DNA of 32,000 nt from Kineococcus radiotolerans SRS30216 = ATCC BAA-149 (GCF_000017305.1 NC_009664.2:210001-242000), one strand, 5' to 3'. Counted from the stretch's first letter, positions 24,628 through 32,000 are shown. Notes: generated by a model from the letters alone, not told the origin. Numbers and translations are program-made.

Positions 24628-25284
24628 GTGCGGATCGTGATCGGCGAGGACGACGCCCTGCTGCGCGAGGGACTGGGCTCGCTGCTGCGCGCCGAGGGCC
24701 TGGACGTGCTCGCCACCGCCGCCGACGCCGAGGGTCTGCTCGCCGCCGTCGACGAGCACCGGCCCGACGTGGCGATCGTCGACGTGCGGATGCCCCCCAC
24801 GCACACCGACGAGGGGATCCGCGCCGCGGTGGAGGCACGACGACGTCAACCGGAGCTGGCCGTGCTGGTGCTGTCGGCCCACGTCGAACAGGCCTTCGCC
24901 ACCGAACTGCTCACCGGCGGCGCCCGCAAGGTGGGTTACCTGCTCAAGGAGCGCGTCGGGCACGTGGAGGAGTTCCTCGAGGCCCTGCACCGGGTCGCCG
25001 CCGGCGGGACCGCGGTCGACCCGGACGTCGTCGCGCAACTGCTGACCGCGACCCGCCCCGACACCGGCCTGGAGCGGCTGTCCGCCCGGGAGCGGAAGGT
25101 GCTGGAGCTGATGGCCGAGGGCCTGGGGAACACCGCGATCGCCGGCCGGCTCGTCGTCACCGAGGGCGCGGTGCACAAGCACATCCGCAGCATCTTCGCC
25201 AAGCTCGACCTCGCGCCGAGCGACGAGGCGGACCGGCGGGTCTCCGCCGTCCTGCGCTACCTGCGGGCCACCGACACCCGGTGA
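24628..25284 (+). CDS. NarL/LuxR-family response regulator
   Basis: The GTG at 24628 has GGAGG at 24613-24617. REC reads RIVIGEDDALLREGL...PDVAIVDVRMPPTHTDEG...VLSAH...GYLLKERV. The HTH reads LSARERKVLELMAEGLGNTAIAGRLVVTEGAVHKHIRSIFAKLDL. It is transcribed divergently from the kinase at 23227-24459. Confidence 0.9.
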   Translation: MRIVIGEDDALLREGLGSLLRAEGLDVLATAADAEGLLAAVDEHRPDVAIVDVRMPPTHTDEGIRAAVEARRRQPELAVLVLSAHVEQAFATELLTGGARKVGYLLKERVGHVEEFLEALHRVAAGGTAVDPDVVAQLLTATRPDTGLERLSARERKVLELMAEGLGNTAIAGRLVVTEGAVHKHIRSIFAKLDLAPSDEADRRVSAVLRYLRATDTR

Positions 25285-25427
25285 GCCGCGGACGGTGGAC
25301 TCGGGGCACCTGAGCGACGCGCCCCGTGCGCGCCCGCACCGGCGAGCACCCGCAGGCGGGTCCGCGGCACGATCGGGTGACGGTCAGGTCGTCACGCCAC
25401 CCGGTCGCGCCGCGGGCCCCGGTGGTC

Positions 25428-26330
25428 TCAGCGGCGCTGGTCGCCCAGATCCGCTGCGGGGGCGTCGGAATCGAGGTCGATGTGCTCCTCGTGGACCTGG
25501 GCGTGGACGGTCTCGGTACCCTCGACGACCTTCTTGCCGACCTGGACGCGCTCGACCGGGACGGTCTGCTTCGCCGCCACCGCGTGCTCCTCGGTGAGCA
25601 CGACCTCGTGCTCCTCCTCGGTCAGGTCCCCACCCGAGAGGGCCGCGTCGCGGTTGGCCTCGGTGATGGGCTCGCGCGTCAGGGTCACCTCCTCGTGGGT
25701 CACGGGGACCTCGCGGGACACGGTCTCGCTGGTGATGTACTTCCGCAGGCGCGCGCGGCCGGCGATGCGGGACGCGGTGCCCACGTGGAGCTCCTCCTTG
25801 GACCGGGTCATCGCGTCGTCGGTGTCGGGCCCGGAGGTGTCGTGGCCCGCGCCGCCTCTCGTGGTGGCGCTCGTCGTGCCGGTCGTCGTGCCGGTCGTCG
25901 TGCCGGTCGTCGTGCCGGTCGTCGTGCCGGTCGTGGTGGTGGTGGTCGTGGTGGTGCCGGTCGTCGCGCTGTCGTCGGCGAGGTCGACGCGGGTTCCCGT
26001 CGAGGTCTCGGACGACGTGCCGCTCACCCCGTAGTAGCGGTACAGGTCGTCCTCGTCGGCGGCGCTGAGCTCACGACCCGGGTCGTGGTGCGGGGCGTCC
26101 TTCACCGTGGCCTTGTCGAAGGGCACGGTCACGGTGTCCCCGGCCAGGCTGGCCTGGGCCAGGGGCAGGAGGGAGACGTTGGAGCCGAACAGGCCGGTCT
26201 TGACCGACACCCACTCCGGCTGCCCGCTCCGGTTGTCCAGGAAGACCTCGTCGACCTTGCCGATCCTGTCGCCGTCGGTGCCGGTGACGGTGGCGCCGAC
26301 GAGGCTTTCGGGGGTGAAGTCGCGAGCCAT
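25428..26330 (-). CDS. PRC-barrel / DUF2382 (YsnF-like) stress-response protein with a poly-Thr/(GTTT)n linker
   Basis: The ATG at 26330 is preceded by GGAAGGA. The PRC barrel reads LVGATVTGTDGDRIGKVDEVFLDNRSGQPEWVSVKTGLFGSNVSLLPL. The DUF2382-type repeats read MTRSKEELHVGTASRIAGRARLRKYITSE...VPVTHEEVTLTREP and VVLTEEHAVAAKQTVPVERVQVGKKVV. The track start at 26555 is rejected. Confidence 0.85.
   Translation of the reverse strand: MARDFTPESLVGATVTGTDGDRIGKVDEVFLDNRSGQPEWVSVKTGLFGSNVSLLPLAQASLAGDTVTVPFDKATVKDAPHHDPGRELSAADEDDLYRYYGVSGTSSETSTGTRVDLADDSATTGTTTTTTTTTGTTTGTTTGTTTGTTTGTTSATTRGGAGHDTSGPDTDDAMTRSKEELHVGTASRIAGRARLRKYITSETVSREVPVTHEEVTLTREPITEANRDAALSGGDLTEEEHEVVLTEEHAVAAKQTVPVERVQVGKKVVEGTETVHAQVHEEHIDLDSDAPAADLGDQRR
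25869..25958 (-). repeat. 12-bp tandem repeat GGTCGTCGTGCC: four perfect copies plus one copy with a single mismatch, then a poly-ACC/ACG tract. It encodes (GTTT)n and T9.
   Basis: The perfect copies lie at 25881-25892, 25893-25904, 25905-25916 and 25917-25928. The degenerate copy is at 25869-25880. The tract 25929-25958 encodes GTTTTTTTTT on the minus strand. Confidence 0.9.
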
Positions 26331-26695
26331 CACGTGTCCTTCCGTTGCGTCTCCCCGCGGCGGGTGCGGCGGGGTCGTCGATCGTTCCCCGGTCGCCGCA
26401 GCACCCACGAGGACGTCCGTGGGCCGTCGCCGCGGCCGGGGCTCGCCGACGATGCTGCCGCCGTCGGGGGTGACCGCAACTCGAAGCGCTCGCGCGCCGC
26501 TCCCACCAGAACCGGCTCTCCCACCTCGGGAACGTTGCCCTGCAACGGCTTCCACGCCCTGTGGACGGACGTCACGGTCACACCGCGTAGTGCGCTCATC
26601 CAGTTCGCGTGAGCAGTCCGCTCCAGGGACACCCTGGTTTCCGCGTGGTCACCGAGGTGCACGCCCCGGTCGACCGGCGTCCCTCCACCACGACG

Positions 26696-27346
26696 TCAGG
26701 GCCGGGGCGGGCCCCACGGGCGGACGGGACCCGGCATGGCCCGGCGCAGCACCACGGGCAGCTCGGTCAGCACGTCGACGTAGGCCTGCGCGAGGTCGTC
26801 GGTGCGCGCACCGGCGGCGCGCCAGCGCTGCTGGGCGACGACGGAGGCGGCGCCGAAGACCGCCACGACGAGCACCGCCTCGTCGCGGCGGGCGGGCCCG
26901 AAGTCCTCCCGGGCGACGAGGAGCTCGACCAGTTCGGCCTGCCGTTCGCCCTCGCGCAGGACGGCGCGGGCGCGGATCGAGTCCACGGCCGCCACCTGCT
27001 CCTGCACGATGCGGATCTGCGTGCCGTCGGCCTGGCCGAGCGTCTCGGTCAACGCGTCGGTGAGCGCCGTCGCGAGGGTCTGGAACACCGGGGCGCTCGC
27101 GCCGAGCTCGGCGACGCGTTCGACGAACCGGTCGTTCGCGGTGTCGGCCAGGGAGAGGACCAGGTCCTCCTTGGTGGCGAAGTGGCGGAACACCGTCTGG
27201 TGCGAGACCCCCGCCTGCCGGGCGATCTCCTCCACGGTCACCCGGGCGAAGCCGTGGCGCTCGAAGAGGTGCAGAGCGGTGGTCCGGATGGCGGCGCGCC
27301 GCTCGGCCACCCGCTGCCGGCGGAGGGACGGTTCGGGCTGTTCCAC
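26696..27346 (-). CDS. TetR-family transcriptional regulator
   Basis: Track ORF 26696..27346. The HTH reads RRAAIRTTALHLFERHGFARVTVEEIARQAGVSHQTVFRHFATKEDLV. AGGAGG lies 9 nt upstream of the GTG at 27346. Confidence 0.9.
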   Translation of the reverse strand: MEQPEPSLRRQRVAERRAAIRTTALHLFERHGFARVTVEEIARQAGVSHQTVFRHFATKEDLVLSLADTANDRFVERVAELGASAPVFQTLATALTDALTETLGQADGTQIRIVQEQVAAVDSIRARAVLREGERQAELVELLVAREDFGPARRDEAVLVVAVFGAASVVAQQRWRAAGARTDDLAQAYVDVLTELPVVLRRAMPGPVRPWGPPRP

Positions 27347-27444
27347 GGGTGGGGTCCTCCTGCTCGTCGCCGACGGCCTGCGGGGTGGGCGGCGACCGGC
27401 CCGGTCGGGCGAGCAGACCCCCGCCGCGCGGCTGCGACGCTCGG

Positions 27445-27654
27445 TCAGACCTCCAGGGAGCGCACGGCGCGCACAGCGCTGAGGAGGTCCAGGCCAGTGC
27501 GCCGGCGCAGCAACCGCACGGCGGCGACCTCCCCGTCGCGTCCGCGCGCCGCGGACACCTCAGCGCGCAGGGGTTCCGGCAGCAGGACCGCCACCGGGTC
27601 GGCGTCCACGGTGACACCGCTCTCGCGGATCCGCCGGATCCATCCACGCACCAC
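27445..27654 (-). CDS. Small protein (69 aa) with a ribosomal L7/L12 C-terminal-like segment
   Basis: Track ORF 27445..27654. A strong AGGAGGAG lies 6 nt upstream of the GTG at 27654, and GC3 is high. The segment EVAAVRLLRRRTGLDLLSAVRAVRSL resembles the L7/L12 C-terminal helix pattern (IKxVRExTGLGLxEAKxxV). The resemblance is by eye only. Confidence 0.55.
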   Translation of the reverse strand: MVRGWIRRIRESGVTVDADPVAVLLPEPLRAEVSAARGRDGEVAAVRLLRRRTGLDLLSAVRAVRSLEV

Positions 27655-27695
27655 GCCGCACTCCTCCTGAGACCCGCCGGACGTCGCCCACCTTG

Positions 27696-27719
27696 GTGTG
27701 AGTCACTAACACCTGTCAA
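27696..27719 (-). promoter_or_regulatory. Candidate promoter (TTGACA, 18 nt, CAAGGT on the minus strand) overlapped by a 17-bp imperfect palindrome, a possible TetR operator
   Basis: Plus-strand tgtcaa at 27714-27719 reads TTGACA on the minus strand. GTGTGAGTCACTAACAC (27696-27712) is an 8-1-8 palindrome with 7 of 8 arm positions matching. The region is AT-richer than its flanks. It sits about 40-65 nt upstream of the start of the small gene that heads the small-gene/TetR pair. Confidence 0.35.
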
Positions 27720-27852
27720 GCACGAGCTGGACCCGGCGCTGGGCACCTCGGCGGCCACCGGAACCCCGGTCAACGCGGCGCTCCTCGACCTCGACCGCTC
27801 CGAGGTCCCCGTCGACACCCACGGTCACGCCGCCGGGGACCCGCAGCGGCGT

Positions 27853-28677
27853 TCAGCCACCCGAGCAGCAGCGCCGGGTCTGCTCGACGAGCCGTCCGGC
27901 GGCGTCCAGCGCGATCGTGAGCCCGCCCGGCCCACCGCCGACGGCCGCGAAGATCGAGTCGACCTCCTCACCGAACGCCTCGGGCGCTCCCGGCAGTCGC
28001 CCGGTGGCCGCGACCAGGCCCTTCTCGTTCACCACCCAGCGTCCGGCGCGGGCGTGCAGGGCGTGGGCGCACAGCATGACCGCGCGGAACAGGCAACCGG
28101 CCACGTAGGCGCCGTCGCCGCGCGGTGCGGCCTTGCGGGCACCTCCGACGATGAACTCCGCTTCCGCGAGCGCGTCGACGACCGCGTCGCGCAGCGGTGC
28201 GGGGTAGGTGCCGGCAGCCACGTGCAGGGCGGTCAACTCCCCGGTGGTGTCGGCCAGGACGACGGCCAGGGCCGCTTCCCCGGCGTAGGCGAAACTCGGG
28301 AAACCCAGCGGGTGCCCGACCTGGAAGTGCCAGGCGAACCTGCCCCCGCGCGCCTCCTGCCAACTGCGCTGGACGCGGTCCAGGTCCCGGTAGATCCAGT
28401 CCACGGCCGTGCCGTCGATGGTCAACCAGCCGCCGCCGTCGACCCACGGCCCCCACTGCCCGACCGGCGTCACCCGCGCCTCGTCGCCGGCGACCCGGCG
28501 GGCCAGGGCGCCCAGCGCGGCCACGTCCAGCGGCGGGCGGTAGTACAGCCCGAGGTCGACGTCGGAGGCCGGGGTGTGATCACCCCGGGCCCGGCTGCCG
28601 CCGAGCGCGACGGCCTCGACGCCGGCCACCCCCACCAGCTCCCGGGCCAGCGTCCGCAGGTACGCATCGCTGAGCAC
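27853..28677 (-). CDS. Nucleotidyltransferase-domain protein (Pol-beta superfamily, KNTase/ANT-like architecture with a helical C-terminal domain)
   Basis: Track ORF 27853..28677. The NTase signature is ALGGSRARGDHTPASDVDLGLYY (GS-x9-12-D-x-D). The C-terminal helical region contains FRAVMLCAH, an R-x6-H pattern as in HEPN-like domains. The substrate is unknown. Confidence 0.8.
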   Translation of the reverse strand: MLSDAYLRTLARELVGVAGVEAVALGGSRARGDHTPASDVDLGLYYRPPLDVAALGALARRVAGDEARVTPVGQWGPWVDGGGWLTIDGTAVDWIYRDLDRVQRSWQEARGGRFAWHFQVGHPLGFPSFAYAGEAALAVVLADTTGELTALHVAAGTYPAPLRDAVVDALAEAEFIVGGARKAAPRGDGAYVAGCLFRAVMLCAHALHARAGRWVVNEKGLVAATGRLPGAPEAFGEEVDSIFAAVGGGPGGLTIALDAAGRLVEQTRRCCSGG

Positions 28678-28883
28678 CGGGACAGTCTGCCGCGACCGGC
28701 CCGGGCGCGCGCGCCCCTCCGGCCCGCAGCGCAGGCGCCGGGCCCGCGGGTTAACCTCGTGGAGGGTGATCGCCGGTCACCCACCTGCTACCCAGGAGAA
28801 GAGCAGATCATCACCAGTCCCACCCGTTCGTCGTCCGGCCAGGTCACCACCTGGACCCCCGCGCTCGCGCACCGGGGGGTCTG

Positions 28884-31280
28884 ATGGCCACGGGTGCGTC
28901 GATGCAGCCGGGGTCGTTCACCCCCGGGTACGGGGCGGTCGACCTGACCACGTGCGAACGGGAGCCGATCCACATCCCCGGCGCGATCCAGCCGCACGGG
29001 GTGCTGCTGGCCGTGGAGCGGGGCGACCACCGGGTGGTGGTGGCCTCCGCGAACGCCGCGGGGTTCTTCGGGCGACCGCTGCCGGAGGTCCTGAGCAGTT
29101 CCCTGGCCGACCTGCTCGGTGCCGACCTCACCGAGCGGGTGCGGGGCGCCGACCTGCTGGACAACCTGGACGAGGTCCTGCACGCGCGCCTGCCGGGGCC
29201 CGGGGGTTCGGCCGGCGCCGACGCGGTGGAAGCCGACGTGGTGCTGCACGTCTCCGGTGAGCGGCTCGTGGTGGAGATCGAACCCTCCCCGCCGCACACG
29301 GCTCCGGTGAGCTACCGCGCCACCCGCGGCGCCATCGCCCGCCTGGCGGGAACCCGCGGGATCGAGGGGTTGTGCGAGCGCCTGGTGCGCGAGGTCCGGG
29401 TCCTGACCGGTTTCGACCGGGTGATGGCCTACCGCTTCGACGCGCAGTGGAACGGCGAGGTCATCGCCGAGGACCGCCGCGAGGACCTCGACACCTTCCT
29501 GGGCCTGCACTACCCCGCCTCCGACATCCCCGCCCAGGCGCGCCGGCTGTACACGCTGAACTGGATGCGGCTGATCGCCGACGTCGACTACGTCCCCTCC
29601 CCCCTGCACCCCCTCCTCGACCCCGGCACCGGCGCGCCGCTGGACCTGTCGCACTCGGTGCTGCGCAGCGTCTCGCCCATCCACGTCGAGTACCTGAAGA
29701 ACATGGGCGTGGGGGCGTCCATGTCCATCTCCCTCATCGTCGAGGGACGCCTGTGGGGGCTGGTCGCCTGCCACCACTACTCCGGCGCCCACCGGCCGGG
29801 CTACGACGCCCAGTCGGCGGCGGAGTTCCTGAGCCAGACCGCCTCCCAGCTCATCGGGGAACGGGCCCGCTCCCAGGAGCGCGACGGGGCCCTAGCCGCG
29901 CAGGAACTCCTCTCCGACATCACCGCCGCCGTCTCAGCCAGCGGCCGCGAACCGCTGACCACCCTCATCGAGGAACCCCGCCTGCTGCAGCTGCTCGACG
30001 CCGGGGGCGCGGCGCTGTGGACGGGGCACGAACTGCTCACCAGCGGGCAGGTGCCGCCGTCGGCGCAGTTGCGCCGCATCGCCGCGCTGCTGGCCCGCGC
30101 CGACGGCGCTCCCACCTTCACCGACCACCTGCCCACCCTGGACCCGGGCCTGGCGGAGGTCGCCCAGACCGCGGCCGGGGCGCTGCGGGTGGGGATCGAC
30201 GGCACCGGGTGGCTGCTGTGGCTGCGTCCGGAACGGCCCCGCCTCCTGGACTGGAGCGGGGATCCGCACCACGCCGAGATCACCCGGGTCGAGGGCCTGG
30301 AGGTGCGCATCAGCCCCCGCAAGAGCTTCGAGAAGTGGAGCGAGGTCGTGCGCGGTCGCAGCACCACCTGGCGTTCGTGGCACGCCGCCACCGCGGACCG
30401 GCTCCGCACCCAGGTCACCGGGATCATGCTGGGGCGCTCCCGCGGCCAGATCGCCATCGCCGAGTCCCTGCAGCGGGCCGTCGTGCTCGACGAGGCACCG
30501 CACGTGCCCGGCGTGGAGGTCCTGGCCCGCTACCGCCCCGCCGAGGGCAGCCAGCTCGGCGGGGACTGGTGGGACGTGCTGCCGCTGGAGGCGGGGCGGG
30601 TGGCCATCGTCGTCGGTGACGTGGCCGGGCACGGCGTGCACGCGGCGGCCGCGATGGCGCAGCTGCGCACGGCGCTGCGCGCCTACCTGCTGGAGGGGCA
30701 CTCCCCCGCCTCCGCGCTGGACCGGCTCGACACCCTGGTGAGCACCCTGCTGGGCAACCACACCGCCACCGCCCTCATCGCCGTGGTCCACCCCGCCGGC
30801 GACCACGCCGACGGCGGCGGCGTCGATCCCGGCCGCGATCCCGGTCCCCGCGTCGACGACGGGGCGGCGACGATCGAACTGGCCAGCGCCGGGCACCTCC
30901 CGCCCCTGCTCGTCGACGCCGCCGGCACCAGCGTCGTCCACGTGCCGTCGCGTCCGATGCTCGGCCTGGGTTTCGGCCCCACCGCCGGTCTGGTCAGCGA
31001 GAGCGTCCGGGCTCCCCTGCCGCCGGGCGCGGTGCTGCTGATGTACACCGACGGCCTGGTGGAACGACGCGACGCCGGTCTGGAGGAGACCACCGGCGTG
31101 CTCGCGGAGACGGCCACCCGCGCGGCCGCGGACCTGCTCCCCCGGTCCCGAGGGGGGATGGCGGCGGTGGCGGACCGGCTGCTGACCGCCGTGCCCGGTG
31201 ACGCCGGCGACGACACCACCCTGGTCCTCGTCCGGCCGGCGCACCCCGCCGCGGAGCCGGCGGCCCGCACCGAGGGGTGA
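28884..31280 (+). CDS. bphP: Bacteriophytochrome photosensory core (PAS2-GAF-PHY, biliverdin type) fused to a PP2C/SpoIIE-family phosphatase output
   Basis: Track ORF 28884..31280. The chromophore Cys context is VDLTTCEREPIHIPGAIQPHGVLL. GAF reads FDRVMAYRFDAQWNGEVIAE, HYPASDIPAQARRLY, RSVSPIHVEYLKNMGV and LWGLVACHHY. The PHY tongue reads ISPRKSFEKWSE. The output domain has GGDWWDVL, VVGDVAGHGVHAAAAMAQLR, SAGHLPPLLV, LLMYTDGLVERRD and DDTTLVLVR. There is no H-box or HATPase motif. Confidence 0.9.
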   Translation: MATGASMQPGSFTPGYGAVDLTTCEREPIHIPGAIQPHGVLLAVERGDHRVVVASANAAGFFGRPLPEVLSSSLADLLGADLTERVRGADLLDNLDEVLHARLPGPGGSAGADAVEADVVLHVSGERLVVEIEPSPPHTAPVSYRATRGAIARLAGTRGIEGLCERLVREVRVLTGFDRVMAYRFDAQWNGEVIAEDRREDLDTFLGLHYPASDIPAQARRLYTLNWMRLIADVDYVPSPLHPLLDPGTGAPLDLSHSVLRSVSPIHVEYLKNMGVGASMSISLIVEGRLWGLVACHHYSGAHRPGYDAQSAAEFLSQTASQLIGERARSQERDGALAAQELLSDITAAVSASGREPLTTLIEEPRLLQLLDAGGAALWTGHELLTSGQVPPSAQLRRIAALLARADGAPTFTDHLPTLDPGLAEVAQTAAGALRVGIDGTGWLLWLRPERPRLLDWSGDPHHAEITRVEGLEVRISPRKSFEKWSEVVRGRSTTWRSWHAATADRLRTQVTGIMLGRSRGQIAIAESLQRAVVLDEAPHVPGVEVLARYRPAEGSQLGGDWWDVLPLEAGRVAIVVGDVAGHGVHAAAAMAQLRTALRAYLLEGHSPASALDRLDTLVSTLLGNHTATALIAVVHPAGDHADGGGVDPGRDPGPRVDDGAATIELASAGHLPPLLVDAAGTSVVHVPSRPMLGLGFGPTAGLVSESVRAPLPPGAVLLMYTDGLVERRDAGLEETTGVLAETATRAAADLLPRSRGGMAAVADRLLTAVPGDAGDDTTLVLVRPAHPAAEPAARTEG

Positions 31281-31289
31281 ACCGCACCG

Positions 31290-31352
31290 CGCCGCCGGAT
31301 CCGGCGGCGGACGGCAGCACGGGAACGGACCGGCGCCCGACGGGGGCGCCGG
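31290..31352 (+). terminator. Two tandem GC-rich hairpins in the 89-bp spacer between the phytochrome and heme oxygenase genes; possible partial terminator or processing site
   Basis: CGCCGCCGGATCCGGCGGCG (31290-31309) is a perfect 20-bp palindrome. CCGGCGCCC (31330-31338) pairs with GGGCGCCGG (31444-31352 is not implied; the pairing arm is 31344-31352) around a 5-nt loop. Neither hairpin has a U-tract. Confidence 0.35.
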
Positions 31353-31369
31353 CAAACGGTGGGAGAACG

Positions 31370-32000
31370 GTGGACGGGAACGACGTGCGGCGGGGAGCGG
31401 GACCGGGCGGCCCGGGCGCGCTGGAGCGGGTGCGGGCCGCCACGGCGGCTGCCCACGAGCGCCTCGACGCCGGCCTGGACGTCCTGCAGCGCCCCTGGAC
31501 CCTCGACGTGCACCGGCAGTGGCTGTCGCTGACGTGGGGGCTGCTCGCGCCGCTGGAACGCGGGCTGGCCGCCTGGGCCGCCGCCGACCCCGGTGCGCTG
31601 GACGTGCGCGAGCGCGCCCGCGCCGACCTCGCCCGGGCGGACCTGCGCGAACTGGGCGTCGACGACGCCGAGCTCGCCGCCCTGGCCGAGTGCCCCGACG
31701 TGCCGGTCCCCACGACCCGCGCCGCGGCCCTGGGCGTCTGCTACGTCCTCGACGGGTCCACCCTCGGCGGCCGGCTCATCGCCCGGGCGGCGGTGGCCGC
31801 CGGGGTACCGCCGCGGGCGTGCACCTCGCTGACCGGGCGCGAAGGGTCCGGGCGGCGGTGGAAGGACACCACGGCCGCGCTGAACGCCGTCGACGACGAC
31901 GCCGTCGACGAGATCTCCGACGTCGCCACCGCGACGTTCACCGCCTACGAGCGGTGGCTGGCGCCCCTGAGCGCACGGCGAACTCCCCCCGCGGGGAGCG
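31370..32000 (+). CDS. bphO: Heme oxygenase-like protein (BphO-type, biliverdin-producing). The 3' end runs off the window.
   Basis: This ORF is absent from the track because it has no stop in the window. I translated it by hand from the GTG at 31370: VDGNDVRRGAGPGGPGALERVRAATAAAHERLDAGLDVLQ...WLSLTWGLLAPLE...AALGVCYVLDGSTLGGRLIARAA...FTAYERWL. The AAHERLD His and the YVL(E/D)GS.LGG motif are heme oxygenase hallmarks. GC3 is very high. The start is uncertain, with the GTG at 31385 as an alternative. Confidence 0.7.
   Translation, partial: MDGNDVRRGAGPGGPGALERVRAATAAAHERLDAGLDVLQRPWTLDVHRQWLSLTWGLLAPLERGLAAWAAADPGALDVRERARADLARADLRELGVDDAELAALAECPDVPVPTTRAAALGVCYVLDGSTLGGRLIARAAVAAGVPPRACTSLTGREGSGRRWKDTTAALNAVDDDAVDEISDVATATFTAYERWLAPLSARRTPPAGS

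Noticed and set aside
26331-26400. A possible cyclic-di-GMP (GEMM-I-like) riboswitch, suggested by GAGACGCAACGGAAGG in the leader of the PRC-barrel gene.
   Set aside because: Only a short partial resemblance to the GACGCAAAGC core exists. I could not build the two-helix tetraloop/receptor architecture around it. A covariance-model scan would be needed, so it is not reported as a feature.
26330-26662. A 110-aa minus-strand ORF immediately upstream of the PRC-barrel gene.
   Set aside because: Its GC3 is visibly lower than in the real genes here. It has no recognisable motif, it ends overlapping the SD and start of the downstream gene, and its C-terminal half is Arg/Pro-rich. I treat the region as a leader rather than a gene, though a small protein cannot be fully excluded.
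1-32000. Mobile elements, CRISPR arrays, tRNA or rRNA genes, prophage or defence islands.
   Set aside because: No transposase, integrase or recombinase motifs appear in any frame. There are no long terminal inverted repeats and no regularly spaced direct repeats with unique spacers. No AT-rich or structured segment resembles a tRNA. The only tandem repeats are the short intragenic or leader arrays described above.

Overview
This is a very GC-rich window, roughly 73-75% by eye, with third codon positions almost all G or C. It looks like chromosomal DNA from an actinobacterium. The gene content resembles Kineococcus and its relatives, but I cannot verify the organism. I found no rRNA, tRNA, CRISPR array or transposase. 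All product calls rest on motifs read from the supplied translations. No database search was run.

I support about 27 genes.

(1) Positions 1-12368 form a dense signalling block of six genes:
- a membrane-bound sensor PP2C phosphatase (partial)
- a TPR-GGDEF cyclase
- a GAF-EAL phosphodiesterase, translationally coupled to the cyclase
- a GAF-PAS-PAS-GAF-PP2C phosphatase
- a roughly 1180-aa GAF-PAS x4-GGDEF-EAL gene broken by a one-base frameshift
- a GAF-ANTAR RNA-binding regulator

(2) Next come an HU-type nucleoid protein with a Thr/Lys/Ala/Pro repeat tail and a family-3 acyltransferase. The acyltransferase start sits in seven tandem 11-bp repeats, close to a 28-bp AT-richer palindrome.

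(3) A four-gene operon follows: ABC ATPase, ABC-2 permease, HisKA_3 kinase and NarL-type regulator. All three gene junctions overlap by 4 nt.

(4) An intact MmyB-like regulator and alpha/beta hydrolase sit next to a decayed second copy of the same kind of pair. That copy is a regulator without its HTH and an HSL-family esterase relic.

(5) A second NarL-type two-component pair is transcribed divergently.

(6) The remaining genes on this side are a PRC-barrel/DUF2382 stress protein with a (GTTT)n repeat, a small L7/L12-C-like protein with a TetR regulator, and a nucleotidyltransferase.

(7) The most interesting locus is a canonical biliverdin-type bacteriophytochrome (PAS2-GAF-PHY). Its output is a PP2C/SpoIIE phosphatase rather than a histidine kinase. 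A heme oxygenase-like gene follows it and runs off the window.

Many long ORFs in the supplied track are antisense or out-of-frame shadows of these genes, and I rejected them.
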